A stretch of 6,943 nt of DNA from a virus (taxonomy: Duplodnaviria; Heunggongvirae; Uroviricota; Caudoviricetes): positions 1 through 6,943 of the IMG/VR virus record IMGVR_UViG_648276647_000010; one strand, given 5' to 3'. Positions within the stretch are counted from its first letter, which is position 1. Each line of letters begins with the position of its first letter. Below the pieces are notes generated by a model that saw only the letters and a program-made list of their open reading frames with translations, was not told where the DNA came from and ran no database searches. Positions 1 through 6,403 of this stretch are shown here, piece by piece. The translations under genes and the position numbers were made by a program.

Positions 1-254
1 GGCTGATATAGCACCTGTTCTTAAGTTTATAGCGAATGGCCTTAATGGGCCGATATCACCGTTTTCGCCCTGTCCTTCAGCCGTCGGAATGAAATGAAGA
101 AAATCTTCTGAACGACGGAAAATAAGACCGAAGGCATTATTGAAAATTCGCAGCGCATTTATCGCGTCAATTTTCAGTTCTCCGGTCATTTTATCGCCTG
201 AACGCTGAACGGCGTTACCAGCCCTGTTTACCGTTTCCTGTAAACCGAGGTTTT
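1..254 (-). CDS. Phage tail-fibre variable domain (Mu S/S'-type exon inside the invertible G segment), partial; no own start codon, runs off the window edge
   Basis: Hand translation of the minus strand from 254 downward gives an uninterrupted frame to position 1 (NLGLQETVNRAGNAVQRSGDKMTGELKIDAINALRIFNNAFGLIFRRSEDFLHFIPTAEGQGENGDIGPLRPF...). It contains the SGDxMTGxL-type motif typical of phage tail-fibre proteins. The frame begins inside the gix site, as expected for a variable exon that is only expressed after inversion fuses it to a constant 5' part. Not in the supplied ORF track because it lacks a start codon. Confidence 0.55.
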
Positions 255-260
255 AGATAA
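235..260. other. gix-type 26-bp recombination (crossover) site for the Gin invertase; right boundary of the invertible G segment
   Basis: The sequence ttcctgtaaacc-ga-ggttttagataa (235-260) is an imperfect palindrome of two 12-bp half-sites around a 2-bp core. It matches the Gin/Hin/Cin/Pin crossover-site family and sits immediately upstream of the invertase gene, as in phage Mu. Confidence 0.7.
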
Positions 261-314
261 TGGCTGTTTCCGGCCTGCATGGCATGATTTGCGCTTTTAA
301 ACGGGAGATCCAGA

Positions 315-908
315 GTGCTGATTGGCTATGTAAGGGTATCAACAAATGACCAGAATACAGACCTGCAACGAAACGCTCTTGTTTGTGCAGGATGTGAACA
401 AATATTTGAAGATAAATTAAGCGGAACAAGGACAGACAGACCTGGATTAAAACGCGCTTTAAAGCGCCTTCAAAAAGGTGACACACTGGTTGTCTGGAAA
501 CTGGATCGCCTCGGGCGAAGCATGAAACATTTGATTTCTCTCGTAGGGGAATTACGAGAGCGAGGGATTAATTTTCGCAGTCTTACTGACAGTATTGATA
601 CGTCATCTCCAATGGGGCGTTTTTTCTTCCACGTTATGGGTGCCCTGGCTGAGATGGAACGAGAACTAATCATCGAGCGAACGATGGCAGGACTTGCTGC
701 CGCCAGAAATAAAGGCCGTATTGGTGGGCGACCACCTAAACTAACCAAAGCGGAATGGGAGCAGGCCGGGCGTTTATTAGCACAAGGAATCCCCCGCAAG
801 CAGGTTGCATTGATCTACGATGTGGCCCTGTCAACTCTGTATAAAAAACACCCCGCGAAACGAACGCATATAGAAAACGACGATCGAATCAATCAAATCG
901 ATCGGTAA
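315..908 (+). CDS. gin: Serine-recombinase DNA invertase Gin (G-segment invertase, Hin/Gin/Cin/Pin family)
   Basis: 197-aa ORF starting at GTG 315, with GGAGA Shine-Dalgarno at 304-308. N-terminus MLIGYVRVSTNDQ carries the catalytic Ser9 of the resolvase/invertase domain, and the C-terminus has a helix-turn-helix (GRPPKLTKAEWEQAGRLL...). The sequence matches phage Mu Gin as I recall it. In Mu the Fis-dependent recombinational enhancer lies inside the 5' part of this gene; I could not place it precisely by eye. Confidence 0.9.
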   Translation: MLIGYVRVSTNDQNTDLQRNALVCAGCEQIFEDKLSGTRTDRPGLKRALKRLQKGDTLVVWKLDRLGRSMKHLISLVGELRERGINFRSLTDSIDTSSPMGRFFFHVMGALAEMERELIIERTMAGLAAARNKGRIGGRPPKLTKAEWEQAGRLLAQGIPRKQVALIYDVALSTLYKKHPAKRTHIENDDRINQIDR

Positions 909-916
909 TACAGATC
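882..916. promoter_or_regulatory. Triad of Dam GATC sites upstream of the mom promoter (OxyR/MomR binding region when unmethylated)
   Basis: Three GATC sites at 882-885, 900-903 and 913-916, clustered in the 3' end of gin just upstream of the com-mom promoter. This matches the known Mu arrangement in which unmethylated GATCs permit OxyR repression of mom. Confidence 0.6.
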
Positions 917-965
917 GATTATGCCCCAATAACCACACTCAACCCATGATGTTTTTTAAGATAGT
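917..965 (+). promoter_or_regulatory. mom operon promoter region (Pmom) with putative C-activator binding palindrome and T6 spacer run
   Basis: Interrupted palindrome TTAT-gcccca-ATAA at 919-932 is a candidate C-protein site. A run of six T at 952-957 lies just upstream of the -10-like TAAGAT at 957-962, and the AGGAGG Shine-Dalgarno at 981-986 precedes the com ATG at 991. This matches the described weak, activator-dependent Pmom; exact -35/-10 assignment is uncertain. Confidence 0.5.
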
Positions 966-990
966 GGCGAATTGATGCAAAGGAGGTGAG

Positions 991-1179
991 ATGAAATCAA
1001 TTCGCTGTAAAAACTGCAACAAACTGTTATTTAAGGCGGATTCCTTTGATCACATTGAAATCAGGTGTCCGCGTTGTAAACGTCACATCATAATGCTGAA
1101 TGCCTGCGAGCATCCCACGGAGAAACATTGTGGGAAAAGAGAAGAAATCACGCATTCTGACGAAACCGTGCGTTATTGA
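991..1179 (+). CDS. com: Com, zinc-finger translational activator of mom
   Basis: 62-aa [37 protein letters not shown]... with Cys6/Cys9/Cys26/Cys29 forming the CxxC...CxxC zinc site described for Mu Com. Strong Shine-Dalgarno upstream, and the 3' end overlaps the mom start region as in Mu. Confidence 0.9.
   Translation: MKSIRCKNCNKLLFKADSFDHIEIRCPRCKRHIIMLNACEHPTEKHCGKREEITHSDETVRY
1113..1135 (+). promoter_or_regulatory. mom translation-initiation stem-loop (Com-regulated); sequesters the Shine-Dalgarno and GUG start
   Basis: Perfect 6-bp inverted repeat tcccac (1113-1118) / guggga (1130-1135) around an 11-nt loop ggagaaacauu. The loop contains GGAG (1119-1122) and the stem contains GUG 1130-1132, in frame with the mom ORF. 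This matches the known mechanism in which Com binds just 5' of a hairpin to unmask mom initiation. Confidence 0.55.
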
Positions 1180-1846
1180 GTATGAAGGCCAGATTGTTGG
1201 CTATGGTTCAAAGGAGCTGCGCGTTGAAACCATATCCTGCTGGCTGGCCCGCACAATTATTCAGACAAAGCACTATTCCCGCCGTTTTGTGAATAACTCT
1301 TACCTCCACCTGGGAGTATTCAGCGGACGCGATCTGGTTGGCGTTCTCCAGTGGGGATATGCCCTTAACCCCAACTCAGGTCGTCGTGTCGTGCTTGAAA
1401 CGGATAACCGGGGCTATATGGAGTTGAATCGCATGTGGCTACACGACGACATGCCCCGCAACTCTGAATCACGGGCCATCAGCTACGCGCTGAAAGTTAT
1501 CAGATTACTGTATCCGTCAGTGGAGTGGGTTCAGTCCTTTGCTGACGAACGCTGCGGACGCGCAGGCGTTGTGTATCAGGCGTCGAATTTTGATTTTATT
1601 GGCAGCCATGAAAGCACGTTCTACGAGCTGGATGGTGAGTGGTATCACGAGATAACGATGAACGCGATTAAGCGAGGTGGACAACGAGGCGTGTATTTAC
1701 GGGCTAATAAAGAGCGTGCCGTGGTGCACAAATTTAATCAGTATCGCTACATCAGATTCCTGAACAAGCGAGCAAGGAAGCGGCTAAATACTAAGCTATT
1801 CAGGATCCAACCATATCCAAAATCAATTCTGACTGGTATCAAATAA
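1130..1846 (+). CDS. mom: Mom DNA-modification enzyme (adenine N6 acetamido/carbamoylmethyl modification; acyltransferase-like fold), anti-restriction
   Basis: The ORF immediately follows and overlaps com and has the Mu Mom-like sequence (…[40 protein letters not shown]…). I place the start at GUG 1130, which has a GGAG 7 nt upstream and sits in the regulatory hairpin. The ORF track extends it to ATG 1100, which lacks a Shine-Dalgarno. The exact start and the C-terminus relative to canonical Mu Mom are not verified. Confidence 0.8.
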   Translation: MGKEKKSRILTKPCVIEYEGQIVGYGSKELRVETISCWLARTIIQTKHYSRRFVNNSYLHLGVFSGRDLVGVLQWGYALNPNSGRRVVLETDNRGYMELNRMWLHDDMPRNSESRAISYALKVIRLLYPSVEWVQSFADERCGRAGVVYQASNFDFIGSHESTFYELDGEWYHEITMNAIKRGGQRGVYLRANKERAVVHKFNQYRYIRFLNKRARKRLNTKLFRIQPYPKSILTGIK

Positions 1847-1902
1847 CCTATTTGTTCCTGCTGAAAAACAGCCCCTCATGGCATAAAATTGTTCCCGTGA
1901 GT

Positions 1903-1942
1903 TTAAAATGACCAAGTGGCAGTGCATTATTTGGTCATTTTA
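1903..1942. repeat. Inverted repeat TTAAAATGACCAA-N15-TTGGTCATTTTA (12 of 13 bp symmetric), flanked by direct repeats GTGAGTTTAAAA (1897-1908) and GTGAGTTTTAAA (1947-1958)
   Basis: Seen directly in the sequence. It lies between the mom stop and the next gene. It could be an operator for the downstream gene or a weak AT-rich terminator for the mom transcript; the function is unknown. Confidence 0.4.
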
Positions 1943-1981
1943 TGGGGTGAGTTTTAAAGTCAAAACGATGGTAAGGTGCAT

Positions 1982-2317
1982 ATGAAAAAAATACTCACAG
2001 CAGTACTACTTTGCTTTGGTGTTCTTTCTGCTAATCAGGCAATAGCAGTTGTTACCTTAAGCGGTAAGTATCCAGCATGCATATCTGCTAATGAATTCGA
2101 GCGATTAAGTTCAATTTTGCAACACGAAGATCAAGAAGCATTTGAAGAGATCTTTAAAACATCATGCTTTATGCCTAAAAAGGGGCTAAAAGTTGATAAA
2201 GTGGTTTCTATGGGGTGGACCAGTGGGGTTGCGCATGTCAAAGTTTATGTGAAAGGCAATCTTTACGATCTTTGGACTAACACCGAAAATCTTCAGTCCG
2301 AGAAGGCTGGTAAATAA
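1982..2317 (+). CDS. Hypothetical small secreted protein (Sec signal peptide, ~90-aa mature domain with 2 Cys); AT-rich orphan gene
   Basis: ORF with ATG at 1982 (the track starts it at in-frame GTG 1976) and AAGG at 1973-1976. N-terminus MKKILTAVLLCFGVLSANQAIA is a classic signal peptide with an AxA cleavage motif. GC is about 38% over the first 120 bp versus roughly 50% in the flanking core genes. I recognise no family. Confidence 0.6.
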   Translation: MKKILTAVLLCFGVLSANQAIAVVTLSGKYPACISANEFERLSSILQHEDQEAFEEIFKTSCFMPKKGLKVDKVVSMGWTSGVAHVKVYVKGNLYDLWTNTENLQSEKAGK

Positions 2318-2460
2318 AGCAGTAGTCAACCTGTAATCACATCATCTACCAGCTATCGCCTGATAAAGTTAGGTGATAGCTATTTCAATACTCTCTGGTT
2401 TTACTGGAAGCACGAAACTTAATACTCCCATTCCTGATTGCTTAATAATCAAGCATTTTT

Positions 2461-2526
2461 ATCTTGAATGTTTTTGCTATCACACGCGATAGCCTATCTT
2501 GAATGATTTTCAAAAATATCTTGAAT
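2461..2526. repeat. Three direct copies of ATCTTGAAT(G/A) at 2461, 2497 and 2517, with a GCTATC-N6-GATAGC palindrome at 2476-2493
   Basis: Seen directly in the sequence, in the convergent intergenic region between the orphan gene and the 3' end of opgB. A further inverted repeat AGCTATC-N17-GATAGCT lies at 2352-2382. Confidence 0.35.
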
Positions 2527-2575
2527 AATTTTGCGCGCTTTACGCACCTTATGCGACCTACACATCAGTCAGGAA

Positions 2576-4867
2576 TTACCCTTCACGTTCTACCACTTTA
2601 ATTTCCACCATGCCGATCCCGAGCTTACGCGGCGAGTGCCCGAGGATATTCCCTTCGTTGGTTGAGACAGGTTCCGGCGGCACAATTACCAGTGTGTCGG
2701 CATCGGTTGGGTTATCGAAATGCAGTGTGGTGGTGGTCACTTCATTGCCCAGCACAAGGGTTTGTTCTTCATTGCCTACGCGTACCGGAATAGGACGGCT
2801 GGCGTTATTGCCGTATGCTTTGGCGGTAATCACCAGGTCAAATTTCTTCGGCAGCGGATGCTTGTACTCGATTTTTACTTCATCGCCCAGCTGTGCGTTG
2901 GACCAGCGGCCCCACGACTCTGGACGAGAAATCCCGCTAAACTGTTTCACCTCTTCTGGCGCACCAGCGACGTTAAAGATGAAACTGTCGGCTTTGTAGC
3001 GAATATCGTTATCAACAATCTTTAGCGTATCGACATTGCCTTTGTAACGCGCCATGTCGATGACCGTATCTTTAAATGCCGTTTTGCCCTTCCATATTGC
3101 TTTGTCAACATGCTGAACAATTTGCTGACCGCCAAGCTGCCCTTGCGAGACACACCAGTCGGTGGAGAGTGCCAGTTCCGGAGCCCAGAGTTGTGCCATC
3201 TTGTAGCAACGGTCAACCCAGACGAAATTGTCGCGTGGAGCGAAATCTGCCAGCTGGAAACGCAGCGGTGCTGAGTATTCGCTTTCCGGCAGCGGTTCCA
3301 CGCGTTTGTCTGAAACCCGCAACAGCAGCGGCAAACGGAAATGGCTACCTGAGAAGGCAATCATGTTTTTCTGCTGGTCGATGGTGAACTCTTTCATCTC
3401 TTTAGGGAATTTCCACAGGCGGATGATATCCGGCTTCCACGCCAATGTTTTCTCTTTGATATTGAGGAAGATTTCCGACATTGACTGCCCGGATAAACTG
3501 CTACGGCCAAGTCCGAGATAGTTATCGCCACCGAGAATGTCCAGCACCGTCGCGCCGTTATCCATCGTATTACGCTTCACTGCCAGCGTCTCTTGCTGCG
3601 GCTTGTCGCCACGGATGACAAAAAACAGGTTATTGCGATCCTGCTTATTAAGGTATTTCCACGCCGTATTGTTCATCGCTAAATGGTCAGAAGAGACGAC
3701 GATGACGGTATCTTTAAACCACGGTGACGCTTTGATTTTGTTGATAAACGTCGCAATATTCTCCTGGCTGCAACTTACCGCGCTGAATGACTGATTCGGC
3801 TTACCGTCAAAATCATATTTTTTGCGGTTACAGGTGCGCGAGATAAAACCATCCGGGTGATGGGTATCGACTGTCAGGGTAAACAGTGAGAATCGCTGAC
3901 CTGAGCGGGAAAGCTCTTCAAATTTTTTCCACGCTTCATCGAGAACGGTATCGTCGTAGAATCCCCAGTCGTTGCGATAGTGCGGGTCGGCCACCACGCT
4001 TTTCAGCTCTTCTGAGCCGTATAAGTGGTCGAAGCCGTGCGATTTCAGGAACACATCTTTACCGGCAAAACGCAGATTCGCGCCCTGCACGAAATAGTTC
4101 TGATAACCCGAGTTTTTCAGAATATCGCCCAGACAGATGTTCTGCGGGAAGAAGCTGGAGACAGAGGCGGAGGCGTTGCCTTCAAATGGGGCAAACAGCG
4201 GTATGCCGCACTGAGAAGCTACCATGCCCGCAATCGTGTAATCCGTTCCCGGCAGTTGCTGCGTGTGGCTGAAATCCAGGCCTTCATTTTTCAACGCGCC
4301 CAGTTCAGGCGTGAGATCCGGGAAAGCCTCGTTATCAAAATAGGTCCGCTCGAGACTTTCGCCGTAGATATAAACCAGGTTGAGTTTCGGGTCAGGGATA
4401 GTTCTCGACGGCTCTTTATAATAAGCCGCAAAGTCCGGGTCGCCGTCGCGTGACTGGGATTTCACCAGTTCCGTTATCTGACGAAATGCCGGGCTGGCAT
4501 CCACTGAACCCAGCGCCAGTAAGAGTGCCAGCAGGCTGTAACCAAAATGGTGCGGATGATGGCGACGACGGCGCAGGATCCAGCCCAGCGCACCGAACAC
4601 CGCCGTCAGCCCCAGCACAATGCCGATACCCGGCAGGATGTATTTGCTGACGCCAGCACCGGTCAGGCTGTTGGTTAAGGTATAGAGAACCGCGTCGTTA
4701 ATACCATCGCCAGTAAAATAGTCGCTGGCAAACAGGGTGATATTTAAAACGACAAATAGCCCCAGCACCGTTAACGTGGCTGCAAACCACCAGGTGTTAC
4801 GTCCCGCTTTCCATGCGTAAATCAGCACAGAGGCGAGAAAAAGGGCGAAAGAGAGTAGTTCTGACAA
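2576..4867 (-). CDS. opgB: Phosphoglycerol transferase I (osmoregulated periplasmic glucan biosynthesis; sulfatase/LTA-synthase-like membrane enzyme)
   Basis: 763-aa ORF with N-terminal transmembrane helices ([20 protein letters not shown]..., [15 protein letters not shown]..., [19 protein letters not shown]) followed by a large periplasmic sulfatase-type domain. Length and sequence match E. coli MdoB/OpgB as I recall it, and the position downstream of yjjA-dnaC-dnaT matches the E. coli gene order. Confidence 0.9.
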   Translation of the reverse strand: MSELLSFALFLASVLIYAWKAGRNTWWFAATLTVLGLFVVLNITLFASDYFTGDGINDAVLYTLTNSLTGAGVSKYILPGIGIVLGLTAVFGALGWILRRRRHHPHHFGYSLLALLLALGSVDASPAFRQITELVKSQSRDGDPDFAAYYKEPSRTIPDPKLNLVYIYGESLERTYFDNEAFPDLTPELGALKNEGLDFSHTQQLPGTDYTIAGMVASQCGIPLFAPFEGNASASVSSFFPQNICLGDILKNSGYQNYFVQGANLRFAGKDVFLKSHGFDHLYGSEELKSVVADPHYRNDWGFYDDTVLDEAWKKFEELSRSGQRFSLFTLTVDTHHPDGFISRTCNRKKYDFDGKPNQSFSAVSCSQENIATFINKIKASPWFKDTVIVVSSDHLAMNNTAWKYLNKQDRNNLFFVIRGDKPQQETLAVKRNTMDNGATVLDILGGDNYLGLGRSSLSGQSMSEIFLNIKEKTLAWKPDIIRLWKFPKEMKEFTIDQQKNMIAFSGSHFRLPLLLRVSDKRVEPLPESEYSAPLRFQLADFAPRDNFVWVDRCYKMAQLWAPELALSTDWCVSQGQLGGQQIVQHVDKAIWKGKTAFKDTVIDMARYKGNVDTLKIVDNDIRYKADSFIFNVAGAPEEVKQFSGISRPESWGRWSNAQLGDEVKIEYKHPLPKKFDLVITAKAYGNNASRPIPVRVGNEEQTLVLGNEVTTTTLHFDNPTDADTLVIVPPEPVSTNEGNILGHSPRKLGIGMVEIKVVEREG

Positions 4868-5120
4868 CGGGCGATCCTCACTAAACCGGGCCGTTTAGCC
4901 AACGTTTAAGCTTTTTGAGAAGCACAATGTAATGGCGTCGCCATATTGCTGCAATTCTAGTGTCAAAAAAATGCGACGTTGTTAGGAATTAGTTTATAAA
5001 CAGACTTTTTTGATCGCGGTCGCTTCCCGTGTAACAGGGGTAAAACCGTCCAGGAGCAGGGAAAAGGGCAGGAGAGAGCCGCGTCAGCCGGGTAACAGCT
5101 AAAACGCGGCGTTTCGCGGT

Positions 5121-5618
5121 TCAGGAAATGAAGTTCAGCCCCTGCTTTAATACTAGATCGCAGGCTTTGGTTTTCACCTTTTCTGCCAGCGGAGTCGTTC
5201 CAATATTATCCAGATTGAGTTGCTGACCATCTTTGGTTTTCAGCAAACCCTGAATGCCATCCAGATAGTTGGTGTCTTCTTTTTGCTCTTCACTGTTCAG
5301 GCCCAGTTTTTCCAGTACCTGATTCTTGATGTTTTCGGCATCGGTTACCGAAGCCAGCTTTTGCTTCGCACAGTATTGCAGAATGCCTGCGGCGTTGTTC
5401 ATGTTATCTGCGCTTAAGGCCTGGTTCCCGCTGCTAAGCAAGTTAGTTAATGACGCGAGCGACCAACCGCCTTCCTGTGTCGTGTTGTTTTGGTTGCCAA
5501 GTTCGCTGGCGGCGCTGGAGAGCGCATCTTTCCAGGACGCAGCATGCACCCCGGTGGAAATTAATGCGCTGGCGGCAATGGCACAGCACAGAAGATGTTT
5601 AATAGTTTTCATCATCAT
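5121..5618 (-). CDS. yjjA: Conserved secreted protein YjjA (DUF2501 family)
   Basis: 165-aa ORF with signal peptide (MMMKTIKHLLCCAIAASALISTGVHA). It lies between dnaC and opgB as in E. coli. The true start may be the 2nd or 3rd of the three tandem ATG codons. Confidence 0.75.
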   Translation of the reverse strand: MMMKTIKHLLCCAIAASALISTGVHAASWKDALSSAASELGNQNNTTQEGGWSLASLTNLLSSGNQALSADNMNNAAGILQYCAKQKLASVTDAENIKNQVLEKLGLNSEEQKEDTNYLDGIQGLLKTKDGQQLNLDNIGTTPLAEKVKTKACDLVLKQGLNFIS

Positions 5619-5663
5619 TACTCAAGGTTGAATTGTGTCGCAGTATACCGCCAGAAACGGGGA

Positions 5664-6401
5664 TTAATACTCTTTACCTGTTACACGGCTACGGTAGCTA
5701 TCCCAGTTGAAGATCACCCACAAACTGTTACCCAGGCGCATACGGTCCATCACGCGTTCGCCCAGCAACTTGGTCATCTCTTCCATATTACTGTTGGTCA
5801 GCATCCCGGTTGGGCGTTTGGAAGAAGAGCGGCGATCGACGATCTGGTTGATGATCACTTTTTCGTATTTCGATTCGGTCTGCACGCCGATCTCATCGAT
5901 CACCAGCAGATCAACGTTACTCAGATCGTTAAGCAGTTGTTCTTCGCTGGTACCGCTATTCCTGAAGGTATCTTTCATCGCCGACATAATATCGGCCACG
6001 GTGATGATCAATACGGATTTACCGCGTAGCAGCAGCTCGTTGCAGATTGCCGCCGCCAGATGGTTTTTGCCGGTTCCTGGCTTGCCAGAAAAGATGAAGC
6101 TGGCGATGTTGCCGTCAAACTCTTCGACATACTGGCGCGCTTTGCTTAACGCATTCATCTGCCCTTCACACTCAACGCGATAGTTCTCAAAGGAGCAGTT
6201 CTGATGCAGTGGACGAATACCGGAGCGGTTAAAGGTGCGCTGCATTTTCATCGCCCGATTTTCACGTTCGAGAGCGGCGGAGCGGATCGCCCCTTGTTCT
6301 TTCTGCCAGGCCAGTAATTCTTCACCCGTTTTGAACGCAGGTTTGATATGGGCAGGCATCATTTTTTGCAGGCGTTGCATCAGGTCGCCAACGTTTTTCA
6401 T
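5664..6401 (-). CDS. dnaC: Replicative helicase loader DnaC (AAA+ ATPase)
   Basis: 245-aa ORF with Walker A motif GKPGTGKNHLAAAI and Walker B-like LLVIDEIG. The sequence matches E. coli DnaC, and the start lies 2 bp from the dnaT stop, indicating an operon. Confidence 0.95.
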   Translation of the reverse strand: MKNVGDLMQRLQKMMPAHIKPAFKTGEELLAWQKEQGAIRSAALERENRAMKMQRTFNRSGIRPLHQNCSFENYRVECEGQMNALSKARQYVEEFDGNIASFIFSGKPGTGKNHLAAAICNELLLRGKSVLIITVADIMSAMKDTFRNSGTSEEQLLNDLSNVDLLVIDEIGVQTESKYEKVIINQIVDRRSSSKRPTGMLTNSNMEEMTKLLGERVMDRMRLGNSLWVIFNWDSYRSRVTGKEY

Positions 6402-6403
6402 CG

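Larger units (their letters stand above)
1..1850. mobile_element. Right-end segment of a Mu-type transposable prophage (G-segment tip, gix, gin, com, mom), continuing leftward beyond the window; right terminus not recognisable
   Basis: Gene order and regulatory architecture are collinear with the right end of phage Mu. No Mu-like terminal MuA-binding repeats or terminal ...TTCA end could be identified after mom. Confidence 0.7.

Noticed and set aside
253-486. 77-aa minus-strand ORF spanning the gix site and the 5' end of gin
   Set aside because: It is antisense to the well-supported gin gene and its regulatory region, has no recognisable features, and is out of frame with the tail-fibre exon.
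470-799. 109-aa minus-strand ORF inside gin
   Set aside because: Antisense shadow ORF within the invertase coding sequence; Arg/Pro/Ser-rich, low-complexity translation typical of a non-coding frame.
1100-1129. ATG 1100 as the mom start codon (N-terminal extension [10 protein letters not shown])
   Set aside because: It has no Shine-Dalgarno upstream, whereas GUG 1130 has GGAG at the correct spacing and sits in the regulatory hairpin. The ATG-initiated extension is most likely an ORF-caller artefact, though not excluded.
2610-4650. Multiple 66-142-aa ORFs on both strands inside opgB (2610..2999+, 2720..3025+, 3022..3360-, 3076..3387+, 3228..3521+, 3537..3794+, 3886..4272+, 4025..4453+, 4450..4650+)
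   Set aside because: All lie within, antisense to or out of frame with the 763-aa opgB reading frame, and have Arg/Cys/Ser-rich compositions characteristic of alternative frames of GC-moderate coding DNA.
5101-5120. Possible intrinsic terminator after yjjA (minus strand: short GC stem followed by UUUU)
   Set aside because: The stem is only about 4 bp, and yjjA-opgB may be co-transcribed. Too weak to call without a folding calculation.
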